A stretch of DNA of 64,000 bases, from the IMG/VR virus record IMGVR_UViG_3300042821_000035, one strand, 5' to 3'. This stretch comes from a virus. Each line of letters opens with the position of its first letter. The stretch's first letter is position 1. The translations under genes were made by a program, and so were the position numbers. The notes below the pieces were generated by a model. The model saw only the letters and a program-made list of their open reading frames with translations, was not told where the DNA came from and ran no database searches. Of this stretch, positions 1-9,253 are shown piece after piece.

Positions 1-1600
1 TTGGGGTCTCTACAACGAGAGTTATTGAACATCTGTACCAACCATTACCGACACTTTGAATAGCCGGAGATAGTGCCACTCCAGAAACCGCACCAATCAC
101 ACCGTTGGTCAGATCAAAATTTACAGTACCGAGGGGACTGCTAAGGTAAAGCTGCATCCATGTCAGCGTGCTGGCCTTAACGTAGACTGAATATGTGATT
201 TGTTTTCCGGCTATGCCCTCCCCCACAGTAATCATGTATGCGGTGTGGTTCTGGTTCGCTGCGGTATCAATAATCCTTTCCGCTGTCAGTGTACCATCCG
301 GTGCGGTGGTTGCGTCAGCCGCAATCGTTGAACCGTTCAGATTCCAACTGTTCATCGTATTTGAATAGGGTAGCCAATTGGTGCGCGTGACATTGGCACT
401 GAGCGCGGCCGTGCCAGTGTAGGCCGGTGACACCAGCGCGGACCACGCCGAGAAACCGACAGGGACAACTTGGGTGAACTCGTGAGCCTCGGTGCGAAGC
501 GTGTCAGCTGCCAGATTACCTGACAGATAGCAATACAGCGCGTAGTCGCCCGCTGCTATCGCGGCAACGTCGAAACCTCCAGCGCCCGTTGCCGGATCGT
601 GCGTCGCGTTGTTATTCCAGTTGCCAGCGTTCTGCCGAAACCAAATCTTGTTGGCGGCAGTATCCCACGCCACGCTGACAACGTCGTTTTTCAGCAAGGC
701 ACCAAGACAGGCGACGGATGTATTCGGCGGGTCGATCCAGAAGTTTCCGTTGGCGGCGATGTAGGCGGCATTGGTCCTGACATCAATAACCGAAGTCTTG
801 TTCATGATCCCGATGAAGTGACTGCTCGCCGACGGGATCACGGTGACATGGAATTCGGCGTAGAGTTTAGCGGCAGCCGATTTGTTGTAGGTCTGTGTCG
901 AGCGGATGCCACCATTGCCAGCGGCACGGGTAGCGAGCTTGTCCTTGTAGAGGGATGCTCCCAGCCCCCGGCTTCGGTCAGTTTCATTCCATCCGCTGAC
1001 GGATGGCGGCAGCATGTCATCCCAAGCAAAGAAGCGATTAGGTACCGGGTAGACGAATGGCGTGTCGCCGGTGTTGATGGTGGCTATCGGACCGGCGGCA
1101 CCGACCCACTCCGCTATGACGAAGAGTTCAATGCCTGACACGCCGCTGCCGGAATAGTTCATGCCGCCAACGATCAATGACGGATCGGCCGTACCTCCGG
1201 TATTCCATGGTCCGCCATTGACGCGGACCCATAAGGCGGTAGTCGTAAAGTCGAATGCGACGCTGATGACATCGCCGGAATTGAATACGAGATGAGGCTG
1301 TGCAGCGATGTTATTGAAGTTGTCGCGGTTCTTCACCTCGCCGTTGCGCTGAAGCCAAACCGTCTTGCCCTTGTCCTTGGTGCTGATGCCGATCCGTGGA
1401 TAGGTGTCGGCAGACGTTCCGACGAGAGCGCCAATCGTGATCTCGGCGTAGCTCCTGTCGGCATAATTGCTTTGATGCGCTACGGCGTAGGACGTGGTCG
1501 AGAACGCAAAGCCATCCCCGGCAAAAGCAACGGTCTTGTCACCGTTGCTATAGCTGAGGTTGGTGACAAAGCTGTTGTCCCACGCGGCCCTGAGCGGCAT
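1..1600 (-). CDS. Head spike/fibre-like virion protein with two SPRY/ConA-like domains (3' end runs off the window)
   Basis: Translated by hand from ATG at 1600 (absent from the ORF track, consistent with no stop inside the window). SPRY-like motifs GDVISVAFDFTTTALWVRVNG and NDVVSVAWDTAANKIWFRQN, then TRTNWLPYSN...SVGNGWYRCSIT as in phage fibre domains. Confidence 0.7.
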   Translation of the reverse strand, partial: MPLRAAWDNSFVTNLSYSNGDKTVAFAGDGFAFSTTSYAVAHQSNYADRSYAEITIGALVGTSADTYPRIGISTKDKGKTVWLQRNGEVKNRDNFNNIAAQPHLVFNSGDVISVAFDFTTTALWVRVNGGPWNTGGTADPSLIVGGMNYSGSGVSGIELFVIAEWVGAAGPIATINTGDTPFVYPVPNRFFAWDDMLPPSVSGWNETDRSRGLGASLYKDKLATRAAGNGGIRSTQTYNKSAAAKLYAEFHVTVIPSASSHFIGIMNKTSVIDVRTNAAYIAANGNFWIDPPNTSVACLGALLKNDVVSVAWDTAANKIWFRQNAGNWNNNATHDPATGAGGFDVAAIAAGDYALYCYLSGNLAADTLRTEAHEFTQVVPVGFSAWSALVSPAYTGTAALSANVTRTNWLPYSNTMNSWNLNGSTIAADATTAPDGTLTAERIIDTAANQNHTAYMITVGEGIAGKQITYSVYVKASTLTWMQLYLSSPLGTVNFDLTNGVIGAVSGVALSPAIQSVGNGWYRCSITLVVETP

Positions 1601-1603
1601 GCG

Positions 1604-1981
1604 TTACGCAGGCGCCGAATAGGTCAGAGAGGTCAGCGAGACTTGCTGGCCTGCGGAGATAACCACTGAATTCAGCTGGATATCCCCGCCGCCGCCAGTC
1701 GTGGTCACGCTGCAGAGCACGATGGGCGTGGCATTGCCTTGCCGAAGCTCAGCCTTGGCAATGGTGCCGCCCACCGCGTTGGTGTCGGCAACGATGGCGT
1801 TGGCCGTCGCAGTGCCCGACGCTGCAGCACCGAATGCCGGGTTGGCGAATGTCAAAGTCGCGACGGTCGCGCTGGCGGCGGTCTGCATCACCAGCTTGCC
1901 GGGAGGCGTGTTGACATCAATCTGATCGACCACGAAATCGCACAGACCGTTTCGGACTGCGGTGGGGTGAGTAACGGCCAT
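1604..1981 (-). CDS. Small virion structural protein (beta-rich, Ala/Thr/Gly-rich)
   Basis: 125 aa ORF with AGGAG RBS, directly upstream of the fibre gene. Confidence 0.7.
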   Translation of the reverse strand: MAVTHPTAVRNGLCDFVVDQIDVNTPPGKLVMQTAASATVATLTFANPAFGAAASGTATANAIVADTNAVGGTIAKAELRQGNATPIVLCSVTTTGGGGDIQLNSVVISAGQQVSLTSLTYSAPA

Positions 1982-2020
1982 GTTGAATTCTCCTGTGACT
2001 TGGGATGTGGGTTGATGGGA

Positions 2021-2257
2021 TTAGCGCTTCTTGCGCGGCGGCTCGTCGTCTTCGTCGGGAGCGTCGGTAACCTCCGCAGTGCCCGAGACCTCGGCTTGCG
2101 GTCCGCCCTCGCGCACCTTGCCATCCTCGATCCAGCCATCGAGCAGGCCGAGCAGCTGCTCGTCCTCATCGCGCGCGGTGTAGGAAAGCCCAGCGACATA
2201 GTCGCAGTTGAATTCGTCGCTGTGGAAATCGTCGATTGCAGTGAACACTCTGGGCAT
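2021..2257 (-). CDS. Hypothetical phage protein (78 aa)
   Basis: Start moved to ATG at 2257 (MPRVFTAID), which has a GGAG RBS; the longer ORF-track start overlaps the candidate RNA locus. Confidence 0.65.
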   Translation of the reverse strand: MPRVFTAIDDFHSDEFNCDYVAGLSYTARDEDEQLLGLLDGWIEDGKVREGGPQAEVSGTAEVTDAPDEDDEPPRKKR

Positions 2258-2270
2258 GTATCTCTCCGTT

Positions 2271-2377
2271 GTTAAGACTATTGGCAAGGCGGTGCACGGC
2301 AAGTCGCGGTCAGGCCGGTTCAGGTTTGGTGGCGCTGGTCAAGGCACGGGAAGGGGTGGACTTCGGTCTGCCCCTTC
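2271..2377 (+). ncRNA. Stand-alone GGY-NN guide-like RNA (solo VIPR-type unit) with 3' hairpin
   Basis: 20-nt leader GTTAAGACTATTGGCAAGGC identical to 31554-31573; 13 in-register pentamers 2283-2347; hairpin GAAGGGGTGGAC-TTCG-GTCTGCCCCTTC at 2350-2377. Confidence 0.75.
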
Positions 2378-3311
2378 ATTCTTCCTGCTCTTGGATAGCT
2401 GCAAAACGTCGGTCCCCCCATGGAATAAAACTGCATCTGCAGTTGGGATGAGCGGGAATCAAATCGCTTGCTTGATCAATGTCGTAAGGTCCGCCCTCGG
2501 CGATGTCTAAGCAATCATCACAAACCCGGTCGTCTCCCGCAGTCAAAACGTTGACCAGCTTGATTTTGGCTTGCTCCTCCTCGATGGCGGCGAGCAACTC
2601 GGCTACCACCTCGGCCACCACCAACGCCTTGGCGGCCTTCCTCTTGCCCCCCCTACCCTTGCGCTTGGCGTCGTGAATATGCGGTAGCCACTCAGGATCA
2701 ATGCCGACCTGCTTGATGCCCGCGTGCTTGTAGGCGTGCAGCTTGCCTGCGTTGACGGCTCGAACCACACCGGTGTTGACCAGCAAGTGCAGCCTGAGCT
2801 TGGTGATCTTCTCCAGCGTCGCGCGTATCTCGCGCATCAATTCTTCCGGGCTGCGCTTGCGCAGCACCGCGTGCGAGGTGTGCCGGATCATCCGCCGCTC
2901 GGTCTCGGACGCGATCCCGATCACCTCGGCGGTCGCCATGTAGCCATGGGTCTGGCCGAGATCAGTGGAATCCAGCTGCGCCATGTCGTGCTTCAATTCG
3001 CGCTCGGCTTGGCCGATGCCATGCTCGACTGCGTCCGCCATCACCTTCCACAGCCAGTGCGGCTCGTTGGATAGCTCACGCCCCACCACCTGCCGCATCA
3101 TCATCTCGGAGCGCGACATTTTCTGGGACTTGCTCTCGATCCACGCAATGATCTCACCCGGCAGCATCGGGCCCTCGCTGCGCAGCCCGGTCACGTCATG
3201 ATCGAGCACCGCCTGCCGCAGCAAAGTGTGGACGTTGAACACCTTGCGATTGACCAGTCCTCGCCCGCGCTGGCGCAATGCGAGGCTCTTGGTGGGGTCG
3301 CGGTGGTTCAT
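2376..3311 (-). CDS. MuF / SPP1 gp7-like head morphogenesis (minor head) protein
   Basis: C-terminal DDRVCDDC...IPAHPNCRCSF motif; position downstream of the portal. Confidence 0.85.
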   Translation of the reverse strand: MNHRDPTKSLALRQRGRGLVNRKVFNVHTLLRQAVLDHDVTGLRSEGPMLPGEIIAWIESKSQKMSRSEMMMRQVVGRELSNEPHWLWKVMADAVEHGIGQAERELKHDMAQLDSTDLGQTHGYMATAEVIGIASETERRMIRHTSHAVLRKRSPEELMREIRATLEKITKLRLHLLVNTGVVRAVNAGKLHAYKHAGIKQVGIDPEWLPHIHDAKRKGRGGKRKAAKALVVAEVVAELLAAIEEEQAKIKLVNVLTAGDDRVCDDCLDIAEGGPYDIDQASDLIPAHPNCRCSFIPWGDRRFAAIQEQEE

Positions 3312-3493
3312 TTTTTCTTCTTGCTCTGGCCCTGACGTTGCAGCGCCTTGGTGCGCGCCATCTGCTTCTTGCGGCGGTCCTCGTCGAACTGGCCCGAGTA
3401 CTTCACCTTGGGGTCAAGCCAGTGCGGCTTCTCGTTGACGATCTCATCGGCGAGAATGTCCACGTGTATCGTCGGCGGCTTCTCCTTGGCCAT
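3308..3493 (-). CDS. Small basic hypothetical protein (61 aa)
   Basis: ATG at 3493 overlaps the portal stop (ATGA coupling); its stop overlaps the MuF start. Confidence 0.6.
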   Translation of the reverse strand: MAKEKPPTIHVDILADEIVNEKPHWLDPKVKYSGQFDEDRRKKQMARTKALQRQGQSKKKK

Positions 3494-6400
3494 CACGCCA
3501 CCTTCATCTTGACGGCGCTGAGCTTCGGCGCCTTCTCGATCCACGCATCCCATGCTTTCCACGCGGTGCCCGCAACCACCACTTCCTGCTCGGATTTGAC
3601 GTTGATGCCGTAGGCCGGGATCGACAGCGCTGCAGTGCGCGGCATCAGCGCACGCAACACGATGCGAGACCCATCAGATGACCAGCCATTAGCAATGTCC
3701 GGGTTGAAGGTGGTCGAGGCGGCGCCGTTGCGCACCACATTGAGGTGCGGCACCTTTTTGTAGCCACCCTCCGCAACGCTGTAGGCCTCGGCCTCTTCAT
3801 ACTGTTCCTTCGGCAATACGATGCCGCGATAAAGCTCAAGCTCCTGCAGCCCCGCCTTGTCGAGCAGCATCTGCGTCGTCTCCCACTTGGCGCGCACATA
3901 GGCCTTGATGCCCTCATAGCCGCCGACATCGCCATAGTCCTTATCGGCCTTCTTGGCGATGACATCCTTTTCCAGCCTGATCTTGCCGTCGCGCCCGGTC
4001 ACCTCGTTGAGGCGCCCGCCCAGTTCATCGGCGGTCGCCACCTGCAACAGCTGGCCCTCTTCACTGGTCGAGGATGCTTTCCACGCCGTCCACAGCTTGG
4101 CATCCAGCCTGCGCAGGTCGATCCGCTCAATGTCGATGTCGCGATCCTTGAACACCTGCTCGGCGCGATCCAGCGACAGCTGCCGCGCGATCTTCTGCGT
4201 CTTCTTGTAATCGTCGCCCGAGGTCTCGTTGAGCGGGTCGAACTTGGCAGGCATGCCGATGGTGCCGGTGGGGGTGACGCCGGTCTGCTCGTACTCTGCC
4301 ATCGCCGTGTTGTACTCGTCCATCAGGTCGCCGATGATCGAGGTGTTGAATTTGGCCCACTTGAATTTCTCGTCGTCGTCCATGCCGGAGTAAGTCTCTT
4401 CCATGTACTCCTTGGCGCTGTCGGAGAAATCAGGCGGCTCCTCGTTGCTGGCGTTGTCCTGCGCCTTGTCGTTGAACTTCTCGACCAGCATGCCGGACAA
4501 TTCCATCCGCATTTTCTCGGTCAACAGTTTGGAGTAGTCCTGCTTCTCGATGCCCTCCATCTCGATCTGGTCCGGGTCTTCGAGGCTGTCGGCCTTCAGA
4601 CTGTGCAACAGCTTGTCGTCGTACTCGACATCGACCGAGCCGCCGCCCTCGCCATCGCTGTCATACCTGATGCGGATCGCTTGGCCCAGTTCAAGCGCGT
4701 TGAATGGAAACTCGGTATCGGTCTCGCGCAGGATGTCGCCGTCGCTGTCCTTGCTGACTTCCAGATATTCCGCGATGGCCTCGTTGATGAACAGTTCAGC
4801 ATCAGAGCCGTCGGCCAGATTGCCCTTGGCCTGATCCAGCGCGCCGCCGTTCTGCTGCCAGCTTTCGGTCTCGCTGTCGATGTAGCTGCTTAGCTCGTGA
4901 TCGTAATACGCGCTCTCGATGTCGGCCTGCGTGGACTCGCTCAGCATGTCCCAGCTTTCAGGCTCCGGCGGTCCGTCGTATTCGTTCTCCTCATCGGGCT
5001 CGGCTGAACCCTCTTCCTCGGGCTGGTCCGCGCCCGAGTACTTGTTCAACAGCGCTTCCATCGCGGGCTTGGCGCTCTGGTACTGCGTCTCCAGCCGCAC
5101 CGCGAGCGCCTTATTCCATTCGTCGCCACCAACGTCGATGGCCTTCGGCTCCAGCTTCAGTTGTGGCTCGCCAGCCTTCTTGCCGCTCAGCGCAGCAATC
5201 GCGGCGGCGTTCTGTGCCTTGCGATCCGGCGCGTTGGAGCCGAACTCACCCTCCTCATTGCGCGGATGCAATTCTTCCTTGAAGGCCCCGGCGTCCATGT
5301 AGCCGTTGACGGTGGGGCCGAACGTAATCTCAAAAGGGCCGTCACTGTCACCCAGTCCCTTGGCCTTCTCGCTGGCAGCCTTCTTGCCCTTGCCGCCGGT
5401 CCACTTCTCAGCCTCCTTGATCAGGTCAATGATGCCGATGTTGATGCGCGCCACCTTCACCTGTCGGCCGTCATTGGTGAGGTTGTTGTCGGACGCGTCA
5501 TGCGCCAGCTGCCCGGCCCATGTGTGATGACCATCGAGAATGTAGTCGTCGCGCGAGATCACGATGCGCTTGTAGAATTTGCCCTCTTCCTCGATCCGCT
5601 TCATCGAGGCGGCGACCTTCTCGCCACTTAGCTCGCTCTGCGACGCGCGCAGGTTGGCGGCCTTCTCGCGGCCCTCGTCCACCTCGTAGCCCTGCTCAAC
5701 CAGATACTTGACGAAGTCCCCGGTCTTGGAGGCGCGGATCACCGGCATCTCGACGCGCGGCACCCCGATCTGATCGGCGCAGAATAAATTGGTGCCCTTG
5801 ATGGTGACGTTGCACAGATTGAACGTCGGCGCCGATGAGCCGCCCTCTGCCATCTCCAGCGCGGTCTCGCCGAGCCGCTGGATCAGGGTCGTGACCTGCT
5901 TCGGTTGCTTGAGGTCCACCCGGCGATCTTCGAACAGCGCGCGCTGTGCATCGTAGACGTTGGAGGTGTGGATAACCCCGTTGCGGTCGATGAACGCATC
6001 CGGCGAGTAGCCCTTGCCGGGATGCTTGCCCGAGGTCTGCGTGGTGGCCTGTACTACGCCCTTGCCCTTGCGCGCGGCCACCGACTTGATGCCTGACAAC
6101 GTCTTGAGCAGCGCGCTTTCATTGGCGGCCAGCGCCTTCGCCTCACGCCGGGCCGATCCCTTCAGCGCTTTCAGTGCGGCTGCGTTCTTGGCGTTGCGGT
6201 TAGGTGCGGTCGAGCCGAACTCGCCTTCCTCGTTGCGCTTGATCAGTCGCTCATTCCAGATGCGGACATCCTCGAAGGCGGCGTCCTTCAGAGATCGCCC
6301 ACCCCGCGCGCCTGCTCCAGTGCGATATTGATCTCCTGATCGGACAGCGTCCTTCCTTCGAGACGCTCCAGCGTTTTTATCAGGCTTGCCTCCTCCGCGT

Positions 6401-8562
6401 TCAGCCGCTTCTTGATCGGCTCCTCCGCTGGCGGCGTTCGTTCTGGAGCTTTCTTTGGCGGCTTCCCAATCATCGGTGTACTCGCTGGCCTTGGTGGGTG
6501 CTTCCCAGTTGGCGCGGTTGGCCGTGTTGGCGCGCGCAATGGCGTCGGCGCCGTCCTTGCCAAGGTAACCACGCCAACTCATGAACACTATATCAGGTTG
6601 CCCCATCTTGTCGAAGTCCCAACCCTCCGGCGCAAACTCCGGGTTGAACTTCATCCGCATGTCTTCTTCAAATCCGAACTGGTGATAGAAGTGGTTGAGA
6701 TGCCCAGCGTAGCAGTCCAGTGTCCTGCCGCCGTTCTCAATCGCCTGCACCATGGCATAGGCGCCCGAACCCTTGGGCCCGCCATTGTTGAACACGTTCT
6801 GCACGTCGCCTTGCGGATCGACGCTCACCCCTGCGGTGGAATCCTTGTTCATGAACAGCTTGTGGCCAGCCAACTCCTCGGCGGGATGCGCCGAGAGGAA
6901 TTGCTGCCGGGTGGACTTGTCGCGCGCGGCCACGAATTCTTCTGGCGCTGCCTTGTGGAAGTCGCTCGGCTTCTTGTTGGCGAGCGAGCTTAGCGCCTTG
7001 CGCGATAGCTCTTCCTTGGTGGGCGCCTCACCGCCACCACCCGGACCGAATTGTCCCTTGTTCTCGGGCTTGCCGCGTGAGTGGTTGGCTTCGTTCCAGA
7101 GTGCGTCGATATGATCGGCCAGCCTGCGCAGCCTCTCACTGTCAGACGACGGTCGCGAGTTGGGCGGCGCCAACTGCTTGGGTGGTCCACCGGGAGGGCC
7201 ACCGGGAGGACCATCGTCGCCACCATCCTCATCGTCCGGAGGCTCCAGCATCGGCGGCTCCACCGGCATCTCTTGGTTCTCGATGGCCTCTTGGATCGCG
7301 GCCTCCAGCCCCGGATAGGTGCCGTCCTCGACCAGCTGGTTGCACCTGCCCTTGACCAGCGCCTCGAACGGGATCAGCCCGGTGTTGGCATCAACAGCGG
7401 CAGCATCTGCCTTGGTCTTGGCAATGGTGGCCTTCTGCGCATCGTCCATCTGCCACAGCGGATTCCACGTGTAGTGGATGTCCTTGTCGTAGCTTCCCAA
7501 CGCTGAGCGCTGCAGCGCCATGTCGAGCTTCTCTAGTGCGGGACGCAGACGCAATTCCTGATCGGAGGCAATGCGGTCGTAGTAGTTTTGCAGATCGCTG
7601 TCGCCGGTCGCGTTCAATCCTGCAGGTGACATGCCGAGGAAACGCGTCGCAGGAATATCGGCCGCACCCGCTGCGATCTGCAGATACATCTGCAGCACCT
7701 CGGGCATCCCGGTGAGGTTGACACCGATGCGCTCCCATTCCTCCTCGGCATCCATCACGATGGCATTGATGACCGACTTGGCAACGTTGGCCTCGGAGAA
7801 CCGCTTGATCAGCTTGTCGGTGCCCTTGGCGGTCGAGAATATCTCAGTCAGTCCGGGTATCTTGATCACGTCGAACTTGGCTTCGGCAATCAGTGAAGCG
7901 ACGCTGCCCATGACAGTGCCCGCACTGTTCACCGCATCGTGGATCACCTGCAGCAACGGATCGCCCCAGCCGAAATTGATCATCGGGTCCGGCGCATCGA
8001 GACCAGTGAGACGCACCATGCGCGAGGGATGTATCTTCACCTCGTTGAGCAGCTGCTTGTTGGGCGTGTTGGCGCCGCCTTCACTGCGCAGGATGTAGTG
8101 CTCGGGCTGCCCGTAGTAGGGCGATGAGATATCGCGGATCATCTCCTCGACATGCAGCTGCCACGGCGCCAGCACGTGAATGAACTTGAGCCCGTCCTTC
8201 TTGATCTTCTCGGGGTCCAACTCCTTTTCCATGTTGCCGTCAACGCCGATCAGCATGCAGGCGCCGCCATAGAGCCGAGCTTTCACCATGGCCTGCTGCA
8301 GTTTCAGCTGCAGCTGCAATCTCTTCTCGGTGGCTTCGAGCTTCTCGATCTGGTCAGCCTCGGCCTGCCACGCCCGCCACTCACGCGTTGCGTCGAACGC
8401 CGGGATCGAGATCGCCTTGCGTGCGATCCAGTCCGACTTGAACGAGGATTCCAGCTGCTCGCGCGTCCACAGCACGGTGACATATCTGGACGCAGTGAGC
8501 TTGTCGCGGCCGGGCACGCCCAAGCCACTGAGGAAATTGCTGAAGGTGTCGAACAGGTACAT
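3493..8562 (-). CDS. Portal protein (DUF1073/HI1409-like) fused to GNAT-like, ParB/Srx-like and ADP-ribosyltransferase-like modules (1689 aa)
   Basis: N-terminal ~440 aa portal-like (WIARKAISIPAFDATREW, ARLYGGA, AGAADIPATRFLG); follows terL; downstream motifs GGRTLDCY...FYHQFGF, IVISRDDYILDGHH, LYRG...ASTT...SEQEVVV. Confidence 0.85.
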   Translation of the reverse strand: MYLFDTFSNFLSGLGVPGRDKLTASRYVTVLWTREQLESSFKSDWIARKAISIPAFDATREWRAWQAEADQIEKLEATEKRLQLQLKLQQAMVKARLYGGACMLIGVDGNMEKELDPEKIKKDGLKFIHVLAPWQLHVEEMIRDISSPYYGQPEHYILRSEGGANTPNKQLLNEVKIHPSRMVRLTGLDAPDPMINFGWGDPLLQVIHDAVNSAGTVMGSVASLIAEAKFDVIKIPGLTEIFSTAKGTDKLIKRFSEANVAKSVINAIVMDAEEEWERIGVNLTGMPEVLQMYLQIAAGAADIPATRFLGMSPAGLNATGDSDLQNYYDRIASDQELRLRPALEKLDMALQRSALGSYDKDIHYTWNPLWQMDDAQKATIAKTKADAAAVDANTGLIPFEALVKGRCNQLVEDGTYPGLEAAIQEAIENQEMPVEPPMLEPPDDEDGGDDGPPGGPPGGPPKQLAPPNSRPSSDSERLRRLADHIDALWNEANHSRGKPENKGQFGPGGGGEAPTKEELSRKALSSLANKKPSDFHKAAPEEFVAARDKSTRQQFLSAHPAEELAGHKLFMNKDSTAGVSVDPQGDVQNVFNNGGPKGSGAYAMVQAIENGGRTLDCYAGHLNHFYHQFGFEEDMRMKFNPEFAPEGWDFDKMGQPDIVFMSWRGYLGKDGADAIARANTANRANWEAPTKASEYTDDWEAAKESSRTNAASGGADQEAAERGGGKPDKNAGASRRKDAVRSGDQYRTGAGARGGRSLKDAAFEDVRIWNERLIKRNEEGEFGSTAPNRNAKNAAALKALKGSARREAKALAANESALLKTLSGIKSVAARKGKGVVQATTQTSGKHPGKGYSPDAFIDRNGVIHTSNVYDAQRALFEDRRVDLKQPKQVTTLIQRLGETALEMAEGGSSAPTFNLCNVTIKGTNLFCADQIGVPRVEMPVIRASKTGDFVKYLVEQGYEVDEGREKAANLRASQSELSGEKVAASMKRIEEEGKFYKRIVISRDDYILDGHHTWAGQLAHDASDNNLTNDGRQVKVARINIGIIDLIKEAEKWTGGKGKKAASEKAKGLGDSDGPFEITFGPTVNGYMDAGAFKEELHPRNEEGEFGSNAPDRKAQNAAAIAALSGKKAGEPQLKLEPKAIDVGGDEWNKALAVRLETQYQSAKPAMEALLNKYSGADQPEEEGSAEPDEENEYDGPPEPESWDMLSESTQADIESAYYDHELSSYIDSETESWQQNGGALDQAKGNLADGSDAELFINEAIAEYLEVSKDSDGDILRETDTEFPFNALELGQAIRIRYDSDGEGGGSVDVEYDDKLLHSLKADSLEDPDQIEMEGIEKQDYSKLLTEKMRMELSGMLVEKFNDKAQDNASNEEPPDFSDSAKEYMEETYSGMDDDEKFKWAKFNTSIIGDLMDEYNTAMAEYEQTGVTPTGTIGMPAKFDPLNETSGDDYKKTQKIARQLSLDRAEQVFKDRDIDIERIDLRRLDAKLWTAWKASSTSEEGQLLQVATADELGGRLNEVTGRDGKIRLEKDVIAKKADKDYGDVGGYEGIKAYVRAKWETTQMLLDKAGLQELELYRGIVLPKEQYEEAEAYSVAEGGYKKVPHLNVVRNGAASTTFNPDIANGWSSDGSRIVLRALMPRTAALSIPAYGINVKSEQEVVVAGTAWKAWDAWIEKAPKLSAVKMKVA

Positions 8563-8564
8563 GG

Positions 8565-8753
8565 CTATCGGTTCACATGATTGACGGCGGATTGCATCTG
8601 CAGCCACAACGTTTCGCGCACATACATGCGGCGGCTATCGTTGCTCATCAGGGTGTCGTGGCGACCGAGCTTGGTCAGGATGTTGCGCGGAATATGTCGA
8701 GGGGCGAGTGAATTATCATCTGGGACTACGACCACCTCGACCTTGTCAATCAT
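8565..8753 (-). CDS. Hypothetical protein (62 aa)
   Basis: ORF coupled to its neighbours in the terL-portal interval. Confidence 0.5.
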   Translation of the reverse strand: MIDKVEVVVVPDDNSLAPRHIPRNILTKLGRHDTLMSNDSRRMYVRETLWLQMQSAVNHVNR

Positions 8754-9148
8754 CGCCGGGCTACCGGTGTGATGAGTGCGGTGTAGGGACTAGGTGCATC
8801 GCCTCCACCACCTAGTGATGGCATCGTTGGTATCAGCGCCACCTTGAATTCGCGGCGCTCCGATTGCGGTACTGACGATCTGAACTTCATGAACGCGGTG
8901 GCTCTCCCGAGATCGGCAGGCACAATCACACTGGAGCCGGGCACTACGGTCTTGATCGTCGCGGCAAAGCCGTCGAACTGGTAGAGATCGCAGAACGTCT
9001 TGCCATCGGGCGAAAACTGAAACGACAGGTTCGCCTTGTCCCACCCTTCCGGAATGGTGATGCAGACCAGCTGGCCTGCGCAGCAATCAATCGCATCGGA
9101 CAGTGACTCGCCTGCCTCGATGGTGGGGCCGTTCAGGACTTGCAGCAT
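8750..9148 (-). CDS. Hypothetical phage protein (132 aa)
   Basis: ORF with AAGGA RBS in operon orientation. Confidence 0.65.
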   Translation of the reverse strand: MLQVLNGPTIEAGESLSDAIDCCAGQLVCITIPEGWDKANLSFQFSPDGKTFCDLYQFDGFAATIKTVVPGSSVIVPADLGRATAFMKFRSSVPQSERREFKVALIPTMPSLGGGGDAPSPYTALITPVARR

Positions 9149-9253
9149 GGGTCAATCCTTGCGTAATCTGTTCACAATGCGTGGAGGGTTTGTGCACCCC
9201 CGATGAAGCGCAGGTGGCAAGCCCGGACGTAAAAAGGCCAACGCCGCACCCTG

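Noticed and set aside
599-1669. Plus-strand ORFs 599-1138 and 1292-1669
   Set aside because: Antisense shadows of the minus-strand fibre gene
2021-2302. ORF-track start at 2302 for the 93-aa ORF
   Set aside because: Better RBS at ATG 2257; the extension runs over the RNA leader
2283-2347. Self-targets of the decoded guides within this window
   Set aside because: A gapped search over 64 kb cannot be done reliably by eye; no target is claimed
3745-4893. Long plus-strand ORFs opposite portal, terL, sheath and 807-aa genes (e.g. 382, 367, 349 aa)
   Set aside because: Antisense shadow ORFs typical of GC-rich coding DNA; no RBS or recognisable motifs
7200-8562. Anti-CBASS Acb1 label sometimes attached to DUF1073 portals
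   Set aside because: I could not find a paired HxT/HxS 2H-phosphoesterase motif; this part is treated as portal only
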